A DNA stretch of 64,000 nucleotides from an uncultured Acidimicrobiales bacterium (GCA_964533595.1 CAZHMP010000004.1:2723-66722), one strand, 5' to 3'; shown: positions 46,067 through 56,928, counted from the first letter of the stretch. Notes: a model not told the origin generated them from the sequence alone. Translations and numbers: made by a program.

Positions 46067-46942
46067 GTGCACACAGAAATTCCCGGTCTCACTGTTGGGC
46101 ACTGGACCGACGCCGAGGCTCGAACGGGCGCCACAGTGATTCTGTTCCCGGAAGGCACGGTCGCTTCCGGCGAGGTGCGCGGCGGCGCGCCGGCCACTCG
46201 AGAGTTTGCATTGCTTGACCCGCAGTGCATCGTGGACAGAGTTGACGCAGTCGTCTTGAGCGGCGGATCGGCGTTCGGGCTGAGCGCAGCCGACGGCGTG
46301 GTTGCCGGCCTCGAAGCTGCCGGACGGGGATTTCCAACCGCCGCTGGTGTGGTGCCGATCGTGGTGGGCATGTCTCTCTACGATCTCAATGTTGGTTCGG
46401 CGTCGGTGCGGCCCGGGCCAGAAGCGGGTCGGTTGGCACTGACCGCGGCGACGGCAGATCCGGAAACAGGGCCAGTCGGTGCGGGCTCCGGAGCAACGGT
46501 TGGCAAATGGCGTGGCCCCGATGGGGTGCGTCCGGGCGGTTTCTCCCTGGCCACGATGCGGCATGGCGAACTCATTGTCACGGCGCTGGTCGCTGTCAAC
46601 GCCGCCGGTGATGTGGGGGCCCGAGGGCAGGAGGTCGCCGATGGAGTGGCCGACGGGAGCTTTGGCGACTGGCCCGACCGTGGTGAGGTTTTCGGAAACA
46701 CGACGATCGGGGTGGTGGTCACCAACGGGGCCATCGACAAGTCGGGATGTCTGGTCGTTGCCCAGGGTGCCCATGACGGCTTGGCGAGGGCCGTCACGCC
46801 ACCGCATTTACGCACGGACGGTGATGCTTTTGTTGCCGCGGCCACCGGAGCAGTGGAAGGCCACGTCGACGACATTCGGTTCTTGGCGGTGGTGGCGATG
46901 GAGCAGGCCGTGAGGTCGGCTGTCGATACGCTCGACACGTGA
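46067..46942 (+). CDS. Peptidase family S58 (DmpA/P1-type aminopeptidase-like)
   Basis: IPGLTVGHWTDAEARTGATVILFPEG, GGAPATRE, self-processing-like FGNTTIGVVVTN, DGDAFVAAATG. Confidence 0.75.
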   Translation: MHTEIPGLTVGHWTDAEARTGATVILFPEGTVASGEVRGGAPATREFALLDPQCIVDRVDAVVLSGGSAFGLSAADGVVAGLEAAGRGFPTAAGVVPIVVGMSLYDLNVGSASVRPGPEAGRLALTAATADPETGPVGAGSGATVGKWRGPDGVRPGGFSLATMRHGELIVTALVAVNAAGDVGARGQEVADGVADGSFGDWPDRGEVFGNTTIGVVVTNGAIDKSGCLVVAQGAHDGLARAVTPPHLRTDGDAFVAAATGAVEGHVDDIRFLAVVAMEQAVRSAVDTLDT

Positions 46943-46964
46943 TTTCTCACCCCGAGCGTGCCCA

Positions 46965-47462
46965 ATGATCAGGTGCGCCACCTCAGACGTTGACGAAACT
47001 CGCGCGGTCGCGTCCAAGATCGCTGCCAGCAGTGGAAATGGCGACCTGTTGGCCCTGTTCGGAGGATTGGGCGCAGGTAAGACGGCATTCACTCAGGGCT
47101 TTGCCGCGGCAATCGGAATCGATGAAGGGGTTACGAGTCCCACGTTCGCTCTCGCCAACCGATATCAAGGTCGGCTCGTGCTCAACCACATCGACGCCTA
47201 CCGGATTGGCGGCGCCGGGGAATCCCGAGATCTCGGAATCGACGAGTTGCTTGATGATGGAGTCACACTCATCGAATGGGCCGACGTGATACTGGATGCG
47301 CTACCACCCGACCGCCTTGATGTTCGGATGGGTTTCGGTGATGGCGACGACGATCGGGTGATCGATTTGCTCGCACATGGGGAATCCTGGGCTAGTCGCA
47401 CCGATGCGTTGGCTGAAGCGCTCGAAGCCTGGACCACACAGCTCAAGGGGTCGTCTTGTTGA
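46965..47462 (+). CDS. tsaE: tRNA t6A37 biosynthesis ATPase TsaE
   Basis: P-loop LFGGLGAGKTAFTQG, SPTFAL...HIDAYR, LIEW. Confidence 0.9.
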   Translation: MIRCATSDVDETRAVASKIAASSGNGDLLALFGGLGAGKTAFTQGFAAAIGIDEGVTSPTFALANRYQGRLVLNHIDAYRIGGAGESRDLGIDELLDDGVTLIEWADVILDALPPDRLDVRMGFGDGDDDRVIDLLAHGESWASRTDALAEALEAWTTQLKGSSC

Positions 47463-48160
47463 TCCTGGGCATCGAATCCGCAACAGCTCAGGTCGGATGC
47501 GCAATCGGCGGGCCTGAGGGGTTGCTGGCATCGGCTCACACCGTCAGGCCACGCAGACACGCGGAATCGCTCGCTCCCCAGATCCAATTCGTTGTCGACC
47601 AGGCCGGCGTGGCCATGACCGATCTCGCAGCGGTGGCCGTGGATGTCGGGCCGGGACTTTTCACCGGGCTTCGAGTCGGAATCACCACGGCGATGTCGCT
47701 GGCCCATGCCCTCAACATTGGTGTGGTCACCCGCACGTCGCTGCGTCTGCTGGCGCACCCGGTTGCCGGCGACGACAGGGATGTTGTTGCGGTGGTGGAC
47801 GCGCGTCGGGGCGAGGTATTTCATGCCAGATACAAGCCTGGCCCCGCCGGGCTCACTGAGGTGACACCGCCGGCCGTGTCGACTCCGTCGGATCTGGCAG
47901 CGGAACTCGCCGCCGATGGTGGCCGGATGCTGTTGGTGGGCGACGGTGCTCGAGCCAACCGCGATCAATTTGCAGAGATCGCCGGACTTGAGCTTGCCTC
48001 GCCGGCATACGACAGACCGTCAGCATCTGTGCTGACCGAACTGGCCCGACCGATCGTGCAGCGTGGAGAACTCATCGATCCGCGTCAGATGAGGCCGCTG
48101 TATCTGCGCGAACCTGACGCCAAAGCCAATTGGGAACCGGCCGCGAGTGACACGCCATGA
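47456..48160 (+). CDS. tsaB: tRNA t6A37 biosynthesis protein TsaB
   Basis: LILGIESATAQVGCAI...VAVDVGPGLFTGLRVGITTA. TTG start overlapping the tsaE stop. Confidence 0.88.
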   Translation: MLILGIESATAQVGCAIGGPEGLLASAHTVRPRRHAESLAPQIQFVVDQAGVAMTDLAAVAVDVGPGLFTGLRVGITTAMSLAHALNIGVVTRTSLRLLAHPVAGDDRDVVAVVDARRGEVFHARYKPGPAGLTEVTPPAVSTPSDLAAELAADGGRMLLVGDGARANRDQFAEIAGLELASPAYDRPSASVLTELARPIVQRGELIDPRQMRPLYLREPDAKANWEPAASDTP

Positions 48161-49692
48161 CATCCAAGGTTCACCACGGCCCCAACATCAAGTTGGTACC
48201 TCTCGCGATGGTCCACATCGACGACGTCATGCGTCTCGATGCCACGGTTTTCTCGAAGCCTTGGTCACGTGATTTGTGGGACAACGAGCTCGGTGATTCC
48301 TCAAGAGTTCACATCGTGGCGATGGATGGCAGTTCCGTGGTGGGTCACGCGGGCATCATGACCGTGGTCGACGATGTCCACGTCACGACAATCGCCGTCG
48401 AACCGGCTTCGCAAGGCAATGGAATCGCGTCGATGCTGCTCGCCGAACTGCTCGAGTCGGCGGTCGCGGCCGGATCGAGAGCCGCCACGCTCGAGGTTCG
48501 AGCCGGCGATCGGCGGGCCCAGCGGCTCTACTCCCGCTTCGGATTTGTCCCGGCCGGGGTGCGCCGCGGCTACTACTCCAACCCGACCGACGACGCCATC
48601 ATCATGTGGGTCTCGGATTTCGATGATCCCGATTGGCGACAACGAATGGAACAGCTGCGCAGCCCGGCTGCAGCCGACCACACCGCGGGACGGCGCGAAA
48701 CCATTCTCGGGATCGAAACATCCTGTGATGAGACGGCGGCTGCTGTCGTACGAGGAGGCTCCACCGTGTTGTCGTCGGTGGTATCGAGCCAGATCGACAT
48801 TCATGCGAGGTTCGGCGGCGTGGTCCCCGAAGTCGCCAGTCGGGCCCACGTCGAGGCGATTCTTCCCGTGGTGGATTCGGCGCTTTCCGAGGCGGGAATC
48901 GCCGGAACCGAACTCGATGCGGTGGCTGTCACCCACGGGCCGGGTCTGGTTGGTGCCTTACTGGTCGGCGTGTCGGCGGCCAAGGCGATGTCGCTGGCGT
49001 GGAATGTTCCCCTCATCGGGGTCAACCATCTCGAGGCCCACCTCTACGCAGCCTTCCTCGACGAACCCGATCTCGAAATGCCTCTGGTGGTGCTGCTCGT
49101 GTCCGGTGGTCACACGATGCTTGTGGTGATGGAGGATCATCTCCACTACCGCGTGCTCGGATCGACTCTCGACGATGCGGCCGGCGAGGCGTTCGACAAG
49201 GTGGCCCGTCACGTCGGGCTCGGATATCCCGGCGGGCCGATAATCGACAGAATCAGCTTGGACGGAGACGCTTCTGCGATCCGATTCCCGAGAGCGATGC
49301 AGTCGAAGGGATGGGACTTCTCGTTCAGTGGACTGAAGACATCCGTGGTCAACCATTTGAGAAAGCATCCCGATACCCGGATAGAGGATCTGGCGGCGTC
49401 GTTCCAAGAGGCGGTCGTCGACGTGCTCGTCACCAAGGCACGTCGTGCTGCTCAAGACGTGGGGGCGAAGGGGATCTGCCTGGCCGGAGGGGTCGCGGCC
49501 AACTCGAGGCTGAGGCAGCGAGTTCGGGAGGTCTGCGAGTCCGACGGCCTGACGGCAAACCTGCCGAGCCGTGAAATGTGCACTGACAACGCCGCGATGG
49601 TCGGCGCGGTTGCGTGGCATCGTCTCAATGTCGACGGCCCATCTCCGCTCGGCATCGGAGCCGACCCATCGCTACGACTTCCGTCGGTCTGA
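48157..49692 (+). CDS. tsaD: Fusion protein: RimI-type GNAT acetyltransferase (aa ~1-165) + TsaD/Kae1 (aa ~180-511)
   Basis: GNAT part: IAVEPASQGNGIASMLL...RAQRLYSRFGF. TsaD part: ILGIETSCDETAAAVV, GVNHLEAHL, LLVSGGHT, GYPGGP, LAGGVAANSRLR. One uninterrupted 511-codon ORF. Confidence 0.88.
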   Translation: MTSKVHHGPNIKLVPLAMVHIDDVMRLDATVFSKPWSRDLWDNELGDSSRVHIVAMDGSSVVGHAGIMTVVDDVHVTTIAVEPASQGNGIASMLLAELLESAVAAGSRAATLEVRAGDRRAQRLYSRFGFVPAGVRRGYYSNPTDDAIIMWVSDFDDPDWRQRMEQLRSPAAADHTAGRRETILGIETSCDETAAAVVRGGSTVLSSVVSSQIDIHARFGGVVPEVASRAHVEAILPVVDSALSEAGIAGTELDAVAVTHGPGLVGALLVGVSAAKAMSLAWNVPLIGVNHLEAHLYAAFLDEPDLEMPLVVLLVSGGHTMLVVMEDHLHYRVLGSTLDDAAGEAFDKVARHVGLGYPGGPIIDRISLDGDASAIRFPRAMQSKGWDFSFSGLKTSVVNHLRKHPDTRIEDLAASFQEAVVDVLVTKARRAAQDVGAKGICLAGGVAANSRLRQRVREVCESDGLTANLPSREMCTDNAAMVGAVAWHRLNVDGPSPLGIGADPSLRLPSV

Positions 49693-49772
49693 CTGATCCG
49701 CTGATTACAGCCAATCGGGCCGGATTTCCTGAGTCGTTTGGCCCATTTCAATAGGGCAGAAGTCCCGGCTGA

Positions 49773-51539
49773 ATGAACTGGCGGCGATCTCGGCCGACGA
49801 AGATTCGGATGGCACGTATAGGGACTCACTTTGCGCACAGTGACGCGTCGACCGTGACCCGGCTTCGTCGCGCCGGTCGGCTCGGATTCGTCGCTGTGGT
49901 GTTGAGCGTCATGGTGGCGCTCGTCTTCATCGAGTCGAGAAGCGGGTCGATGGATTCGTCGCATCGCGAGTTCGAACTCGCCTCCATGCAGCGACTCGAG
50001 TTGAGTCAGCTGTCAAACAATGTCCAGCGTCTCGCGGCAACCGAGAACCCGATTCTCGAATCGAACTACCGGACATTGGTGGCCGACGGCATCGACATGA
50101 TCCGCAATATCCAAGTGGATCTGGAGATCAACGATCCGGCGATATCTCTCCTGGTCGTCGATCTCGGCAATGGTGCCACGCTGCACAATGCCGTCGATTT
50201 GATGTTCGAGTCGGTCGAATCGACGGTCGAGCGACTCGAGATCGGCGACGGCGAGCTACCGGGCACTCCGCCGGAAGTAGCGGTGACTCTGGATCGAATC
50301 ATTCAACTGGGTGGCTCTTACGAGATGTTGGCCACGGCGGCCGGTCAACGCACTGTCGACTCGATTCATCTGATCCGATCTGGCGGCCGCTGGCTGGCGG
50401 TGCTCGTTCTGTTTTCGGCGTTCGTCAGAGTGTCCGTCGTTGGTGGTCCACTAATGAAGCGACTTGATGAAGACCGGATGAAGTTCGATTCGGAACAGCT
50501 CAGAAGTGCAGCCGAAGCTGATCTCCAGGAGCTGTCCGCGCTGATGGGCGATGGCATGGAGACATCGTCCGACGAGCCGTCGGCTCTGAGAGTGGTCGAA
50601 CGAGCCCTTCAGCACGTCATCCCCGGGGTCTCTGCGGAGTTGCTCTTGGCCGATTCGTCGATGGCACATCTGAAACTCGCGGCGGCCAATCCCGGTGTCG
50701 TCAATCCTGGTTGCGGCGTGGGATCTCCGTGGTCCTGCCCGGCGGTTCGACGCGCGGAAACAAGCGTCTTTCCGAATTCGGAATCTGTGCGGTCCTGCAG
50801 CTACCTCAGCGGACGCGCCGCCGGTGCGTGCTCAGCCGTATGCGTCCCGGTCTCTTTCATGGGTGGTGCAATGGGAGTTCTCCATGTCACCGGTGAGGTG
50901 GGCTGGAACCCGGGACCCGAGGTGGTTGAGCCGCTTCAGATCATTACCCACCAGACCGCAATGAGGATCGGGACGTTGCGTTCGTTCGCCAAAGCCGAAG
51001 TGCAGGCTTCAACCGATGTGCTGACTGGCCTACCCAACCGTCGCTCCACGGAAAGCCACCTGCGATCGTTCCTTTCCGAGCAGTCACCCGGGTCGGTTGC
51101 ACTCGCCGACCTCGATCACTTCAAGGTGCTGAACGACACATTTGGCCATGAGATGGGTGACCGGGCCCTGCGGGTCTTCGCCGGAGCACTTCGATCGACA
51201 TTGCGAGAAAACGATTGGGCTGGTCGCTGGGGCGGCGAAGAATTTGTGATGGTTCTTCCCGGCCTCAACTCCACTGAGGCAGGTCGCATTCTCGACAGGC
51301 TGCGTGGGCGGCTTCTGGAAACGTGCAGCGAGTCGGAAATCCCGGAGTTCACGGTGTCGGTGGGAATTGTCGACACCACATCCGGCTCGACTGTCGATGA
51401 GCTATTGAGGCTGGCGGACGGTGCCCTCTATTCGGCCAAGGCCGAGGGGCGCAACCGAATCGTGGCTGGCCCGACGCCCGCCGTCTCCGACGATCAAGGA
51501 CCTGCAATGAAGAGCCTGCCCAGAGAGGTGCGATCATGA
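49773..51539 (+). CDS. Membrane sensor diguanylate cyclase, paralogue 1 (2 TM, extracytoplasmic helical domain, Cys-rich GAF-like module, GGDEF)
   Basis: TM helices near aa 37-53 and 207-225. Cys module GCGVGSPWSCPA...SC...CSAVC. GGDEF domain: GLPNRR, DLDHFKVLND, I-site REND, GGEEF. Confidence 0.85.
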   Translation: MNWRRSRPTKIRMARIGTHFAHSDASTVTRLRRAGRLGFVAVVLSVMVALVFIESRSGSMDSSHREFELASMQRLELSQLSNNVQRLAATENPILESNYRTLVADGIDMIRNIQVDLEINDPAISLLVVDLGNGATLHNAVDLMFESVESTVERLEIGDGELPGTPPEVAVTLDRIIQLGGSYEMLATAAGQRTVDSIHLIRSGGRWLAVLVLFSAFVRVSVVGGPLMKRLDEDRMKFDSEQLRSAAEADLQELSALMGDGMETSSDEPSALRVVERALQHVIPGVSAELLLADSSMAHLKLAAANPGVVNPGCGVGSPWSCPAVRRAETSVFPNSESVRSCSYLSGRAAGACSAVCVPVSFMGGAMGVLHVTGEVGWNPGPEVVEPLQIITHQTAMRIGTLRSFAKAEVQASTDVLTGLPNRRSTESHLRSFLSEQSPGSVALADLDHFKVLNDTFGHEMGDRALRVFAGALRSTLRENDWAGRWGGEEFVMVLPGLNSTEAGRILDRLRGRLLETCSESEIPEFTVSVGIVDTTSGSTVDELLRLADGALYSAKAEGRNRIVAGPTPAVSDDQGPAMKSLPREVRS

Positions 51540-53233
51540 GGGTCAACGGTCGATCTGGGCAAGGGCAGCCATTGCACGTCCGATTCCGGCGCATCTACCA
51601 GTTGGGAATGGTGTTGGCAGTGGTGGCCTGGGGACTCGTCTGGTTCGCCAACCAACGAGGGCTCGACGGCTCTCTGGCAGCCAGTGCCAGGGCGCGAGTT
51701 GCAACGAGCATCAGGCAGGATGTCGCCGAGGTGGGAGACGCGCTCGACGGGGTGGAGGAGTCTCCGGAATCGCCCGTGGCCAAGTCCGATCTGAGCCGGG
51801 TGGCGGCGCGACTGGATCGAAGTTGGGCCGGCCTCGTGTCCGACCCGACGAGCATGCCGGCGGATGTCGAGTTGTTGATCAACGGCCCGAACGGCCTCGC
51901 GGAACAGATGACATTGTTGCTGAGCGGTGCAGAGTCCGTGGCCGATGTTTCGGCGACCCGTGCCCTGAGGATGGTCGCCTCCGAGGCTGGGAGATTCGAG
52001 AAGCTGTCGGCGGAAATTTCGAGTCGCCTCGGACAGGTGGTTGCATCGTATGAGGCACAGGAGGAGGCGTCGGTTGGTGATGCTCGCCGTGCGAGCAATG
52101 TTGCATACGCCTCCGCGATAGCCATCTCGATCGTTGTGGCGGTCGCCTTCCTTCGACCGATGGAACGTCGACTTCGCGACGAGCACTATGAGCTCGTCGA
52201 TGCCGGCACCTCCCAGGATGCCGAGAGGTTGAGACAGGAACTCTCCGCTCATCTCGCCGAGGGGCTCGACGCGGTGGAGAGCGAGTCGGAGACCATGACG
52301 CTTGTGTCACGCGCTCTGGCCCAAGTCGTCGACGTGCCCGCCGAGGTGCTGATGTCCGACACTTCGAGAACCAATCTCACCGTTGCCGCTGCCCATCCCG
52401 TGTTCGGTGGCCCGGGGTGCGGTGTCTCGTCTCCAGCTGATTGTCCAGCCATCTCTCGTGGCCGAACCCTCTACTACGAGAACTCTGGCGCAATCAATGC
52501 CTGCCCCCAACTTCAGCAACACTGTGATGGGCCGACGTCGGCAACCTGCATTCCACTTTCATTCATGGGCAAGTCGATGGGGGTCGTCCATTCGACCGGA
52601 CCAATCGACGATGAGGCGGCAGAATCAAACCGGGACTTCCTGTCGATGATCGCCTCACAGTCTGCGGTTCGGATCGGAACCCTGCGGTCGTTTGCTCAGG
52701 TCGAGCTGCAAACATCCACCGACATCCTGACCGGATTGCCAAACAGACGAGCCACCGAAGACCGGGTCATGCGTCTGAATTCTGCGGAGAAAGTCGGATC
52801 AGTTGCAATGGCGGACCTCGACTATTTCAAATCGCTCAACGACACATACGGTCACGAGGCCGGCGATCGGGCTTTGCGATTGTTTGCAGACGTCGCGAGA
52901 GACGCCATGCGCGACGATGACTGGTTGGGACGTTGGGGCGGCGAAGAGTTTGTGTTCGTCATGCCCGGGATGGTCGCGTCGCAAGCCAAGGCCGCGCTCG
53001 ATCGGATGCGAGCCCGACTGGCCGAGGAATGCGCAAAGGCGGAGGTCCCAACCGTGAGAGTTTCGATTGGGGTCGTCGATACCGAGTCAGCGGAGACCAC
53101 GAACAACCTGATGCGGCTCGCAGATGAGGCGTTGCTCGCCGCCAAGGCACAGGGGCGCGATCGTGTTCTCGTCGGTCCGGTGATGGCCGTGGTCGGATCC
53201 GGCGCGTCGGATGATGCTGAGCCGACGACATGA
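51536..53233 (+). CDS. Membrane sensor diguanylate cyclase, paralogue 2
   Basis: Same architecture: GCGVSSPADCPA...AC...C...TC, GLPNRR, DLDYFKSLND, RDDD-x5-GGEEF. ATGA overlap with paralogue 1. Confidence 0.85.
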   Translation: MRVNGRSGQGQPLHVRFRRIYQLGMVLAVVAWGLVWFANQRGLDGSLAASARARVATSIRQDVAEVGDALDGVEESPESPVAKSDLSRVAARLDRSWAGLVSDPTSMPADVELLINGPNGLAEQMTLLLSGAESVADVSATRALRMVASEAGRFEKLSAEISSRLGQVVASYEAQEEASVGDARRASNVAYASAIAISIVVAVAFLRPMERRLRDEHYELVDAGTSQDAERLRQELSAHLAEGLDAVESESETMTLVSRALAQVVDVPAEVLMSDTSRTNLTVAAAHPVFGGPGCGVSSPADCPAISRGRTLYYENSGAINACPQLQQHCDGPTSATCIPLSFMGKSMGVVHSTGPIDDEAAESNRDFLSMIASQSAVRIGTLRSFAQVELQTSTDILTGLPNRRATEDRVMRLNSAEKVGSVAMADLDYFKSLNDTYGHEAGDRALRLFADVARDAMRDDDWLGRWGGEEFVFVMPGMVASQAKAALDRMRARLAEECAKAEVPTVRVSIGVVDTESAETTNNLMRLADEALLAAKAQGRDRVLVGPVMAVVGSGASDDAEPTT

Positions 53234-54858
53234 CGGTTGTGCCCAGCAGGGCCAGAGAATGGTGGGCCGGCGTCGGCCGCCACCAACGATTGCAAGGATC
53301 GGTGCTCGGCGCGTTCGCCGTCGCAGTAATCCTTACAAGCGCCCTGCTGTTAAGCGCCGGTCAACTCGGTCAACGACTCGATTCGAGAGCGTCACAATCC
53401 CATGGCGGGCTGGTTCTTGCTCAATCGATGACCCGAGCCAATCTTGTGCTCGAGGCTTACGACGGATCGGTTCAGAGCCGGACAGATCTGGCCGATGCTG
53501 CGGCTGATCTTTCCGCTGCCATCGATGGTGGCAACGAATCCGAAGGCGCGGTTTGGCTTCCTGAGCTGAGACACCTTGCTCGGTCGATCAGCGGCATGGC
53601 GGAATCTTCCATGGCCGGTGAGACCGCACGCACATACGCAGAGAGTTTGGCTCAGCAACAGGAGGTTCTTCTCGGCGAATTGGTGGCCGACACTCAACAC
53701 TTGGTGGCCGACTCCTCTTCGGACTACAGCGCTTGGTATCGGTGGGTCGTCGTCGTGGCGGTAATCGGCATGCTCGTATTGGCACTCACCGTGGTCCACG
53801 TGATCTTGCCTCTCAACCGGTCGATTCGACGGTCGCTGGTGAAGCTCGAGGCCTGGACCGCCACGGCCAGGCAAAAAGCCATTCAGCGCAAGCTGTTTTC
53901 TGAGGTGACCGACGGGCTTGAATCGGCTACTTCTGAGCGGCAAGCGTTCGCCGTGATCGAACGAACACTGCGCGAAATCACCACAGATTTCGAAGTGGAG
54001 GTGCTGCTTGCCGAGTCGGCCAAGGGACATCTCCACCCGGAAGTCGTACACCCTGTCAACGGTGGCCCTGGCTGTGGGGTGACATCTCCGTGGTCCTGCC
54101 CGGCCGTGCGAGCCGCGACGAGTGTCGTATTCGATGACTCGCGCGAAATCAGGGCTTGCCCGCATTTGGCTCGGCACGTTGATCCTTGCTCGGCGGCGTG
54201 CGCTCCGCTCATGTTCATGGGCGAACCGATGGGAGTGGTCCATGCGACCGGACCGGTGGGGGTTCAACCGCCAGAGAACATGGTGGAGGCGCTGTCGGTG
54301 CTGGCGACGGAGGCTTCCACGCGCTTGGGCACGCTGCGGGCATTCGCTCATGCAGAGATGAAGGCGGCTACCGATGCGTTGACCGGTAGCTACAGTCGCC
54401 GCGCCTCAGAGGAGAAGATCGGCCAGCTGGTAAGGCGTCCCGGTTCCGCCGCGATTGCACTGTTCGAAGTCGGAGGACTCATCGATCTCAATTCGCATCG
54501 GGGGAGTCAGGCCGGGGATCATGCGCTGCGCTTGTTCGTGGAGACGGTGAGAGAAAATGTGCGGGCAACCGATTGGTGCGGGCGCTGGCACGGTGCGCAG
54601 TTCCTGGTGGTGATGGAAGCGACGACATCGGCTGATGCGCGTCGACGCCTCGAGGCGACCCGCATTGCAGTCCTGAATGCGTTCTCGTCGGCGGATCTGG
54701 ATGGACTCACGATTCGTTTCGGCGTGACCGATTCGGCTGGAGTCACCAATGTGGCGCTCCTGATGGAGGCCGCAGATGCCGCGCTCGTCGGGTCGGGCGA
54801 TGACAACGCATCGACCTTGGAGGAACTGGCTGCCATCGTGGAACAAATCGAGGTCTGA
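53230..54858 (+). CDS. Membrane sensor protein with degenerate GGDEF domain, paralogue 3
   Basis: Same TM and Cys module (GCGVTSPWSCPA...AC...CSAAC). GGDEF is replaced by HGAQF and GLPNRR by GSYSRR, and the metal-binding DxD context is lost. The RxxD (RATD) I-site is retained. ATGA overlap with paralogue 2. Confidence 0.8.
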   Translation: MTVVPSRAREWWAGVGRHQRLQGSVLGAFAVAVILTSALLLSAGQLGQRLDSRASQSHGGLVLAQSMTRANLVLEAYDGSVQSRTDLADAAADLSAAIDGGNESEGAVWLPELRHLARSISGMAESSMAGETARTYAESLAQQQEVLLGELVADTQHLVADSSSDYSAWYRWVVVVAVIGMLVLALTVVHVILPLNRSIRRSLVKLEAWTATARQKAIQRKLFSEVTDGLESATSERQAFAVIERTLREITTDFEVEVLLAESAKGHLHPEVVHPVNGGPGCGVTSPWSCPAVRAATSVVFDDSREIRACPHLARHVDPCSAACAPLMFMGEPMGVVHATGPVGVQPPENMVEALSVLATEASTRLGTLRAFAHAEMKAATDALTGSYSRRASEEKIGQLVRRPGSAAIALFEVGGLIDLNSHRGSQAGDHALRLFVETVRENVRATDWCGRWHGAQFLVVMEATTSADARRRLEATRIAVLNAFSSADLDGLTIRFGVTDSAGVTNVALLMEAADAALVGSGDDNASTLEELAAIVEQIEV

Positions 54859-54902
54859 GTCCCTCGATTTGTGGTTGTCGGAGGCGTTCCTTCGTCCTAT
54901 CG

Positions 54903-54929
54903 TTGGCACTCGGCATTAGAGAGTGCTAA
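54903..54929 (+). promoter_or_regulatory. CIRCE (HrcA operator) inverted repeat upstream of groES
   Basis: TTGGCACTC-N9-GAGTGCTAA against consensus TTAGCACTC-N9-GAGTGCTAA (1 mismatch), 22 nt upstream of the groES ATG. Confidence 0.88.
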
Positions 54930-54950
54930 CGCAAATATTCGGAGGACAAA

Positions 54951-55241
54951 ATGAACCTTCAGCCACTCGAGGACCGGATTGTAGTCCGGGCAAACGAAGC
55001 TGAATCCACCACAGCCAGCGGCTTGGTGATTCCTGATACCGCCAAGGAAAAGCCCCAGCAGGGTGAAGTCCTGGCCGTTGGCCCAGGCCGACGCTCGGAC
55101 CAGACCGGCGAGATCATTCCCGTCGATGTGGCCGTGGGTGACACCGTCGTCTACTCCAAGTACGGCGGCACGGAAATCACCGTCGAGGGTGAAGACCTGC
55201 TGATCCTCAACGCCCGCGACGTGCTCGCCAAGATCGGCTGA
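54951..55241 (+). CDS. groES: Co-chaperonin GroES
   Basis: [44 protein letters not shown]. Confidence 0.97.
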   Translation: MNLQPLEDRIVVRANEAESTTASGLVIPDTAKEKPQQGEVLAVGPGRRSDQTGEIIPVDVAVGDTVVYSKYGGTEITVEGEDLLILNARDVLAKIG

Positions 55242-55246
55242 GGTAG

Positions 55247-56905
<1,659 letters not shown>

Positions 56906-56928
56906 CCCCAAATACCCGAATGAATCAG

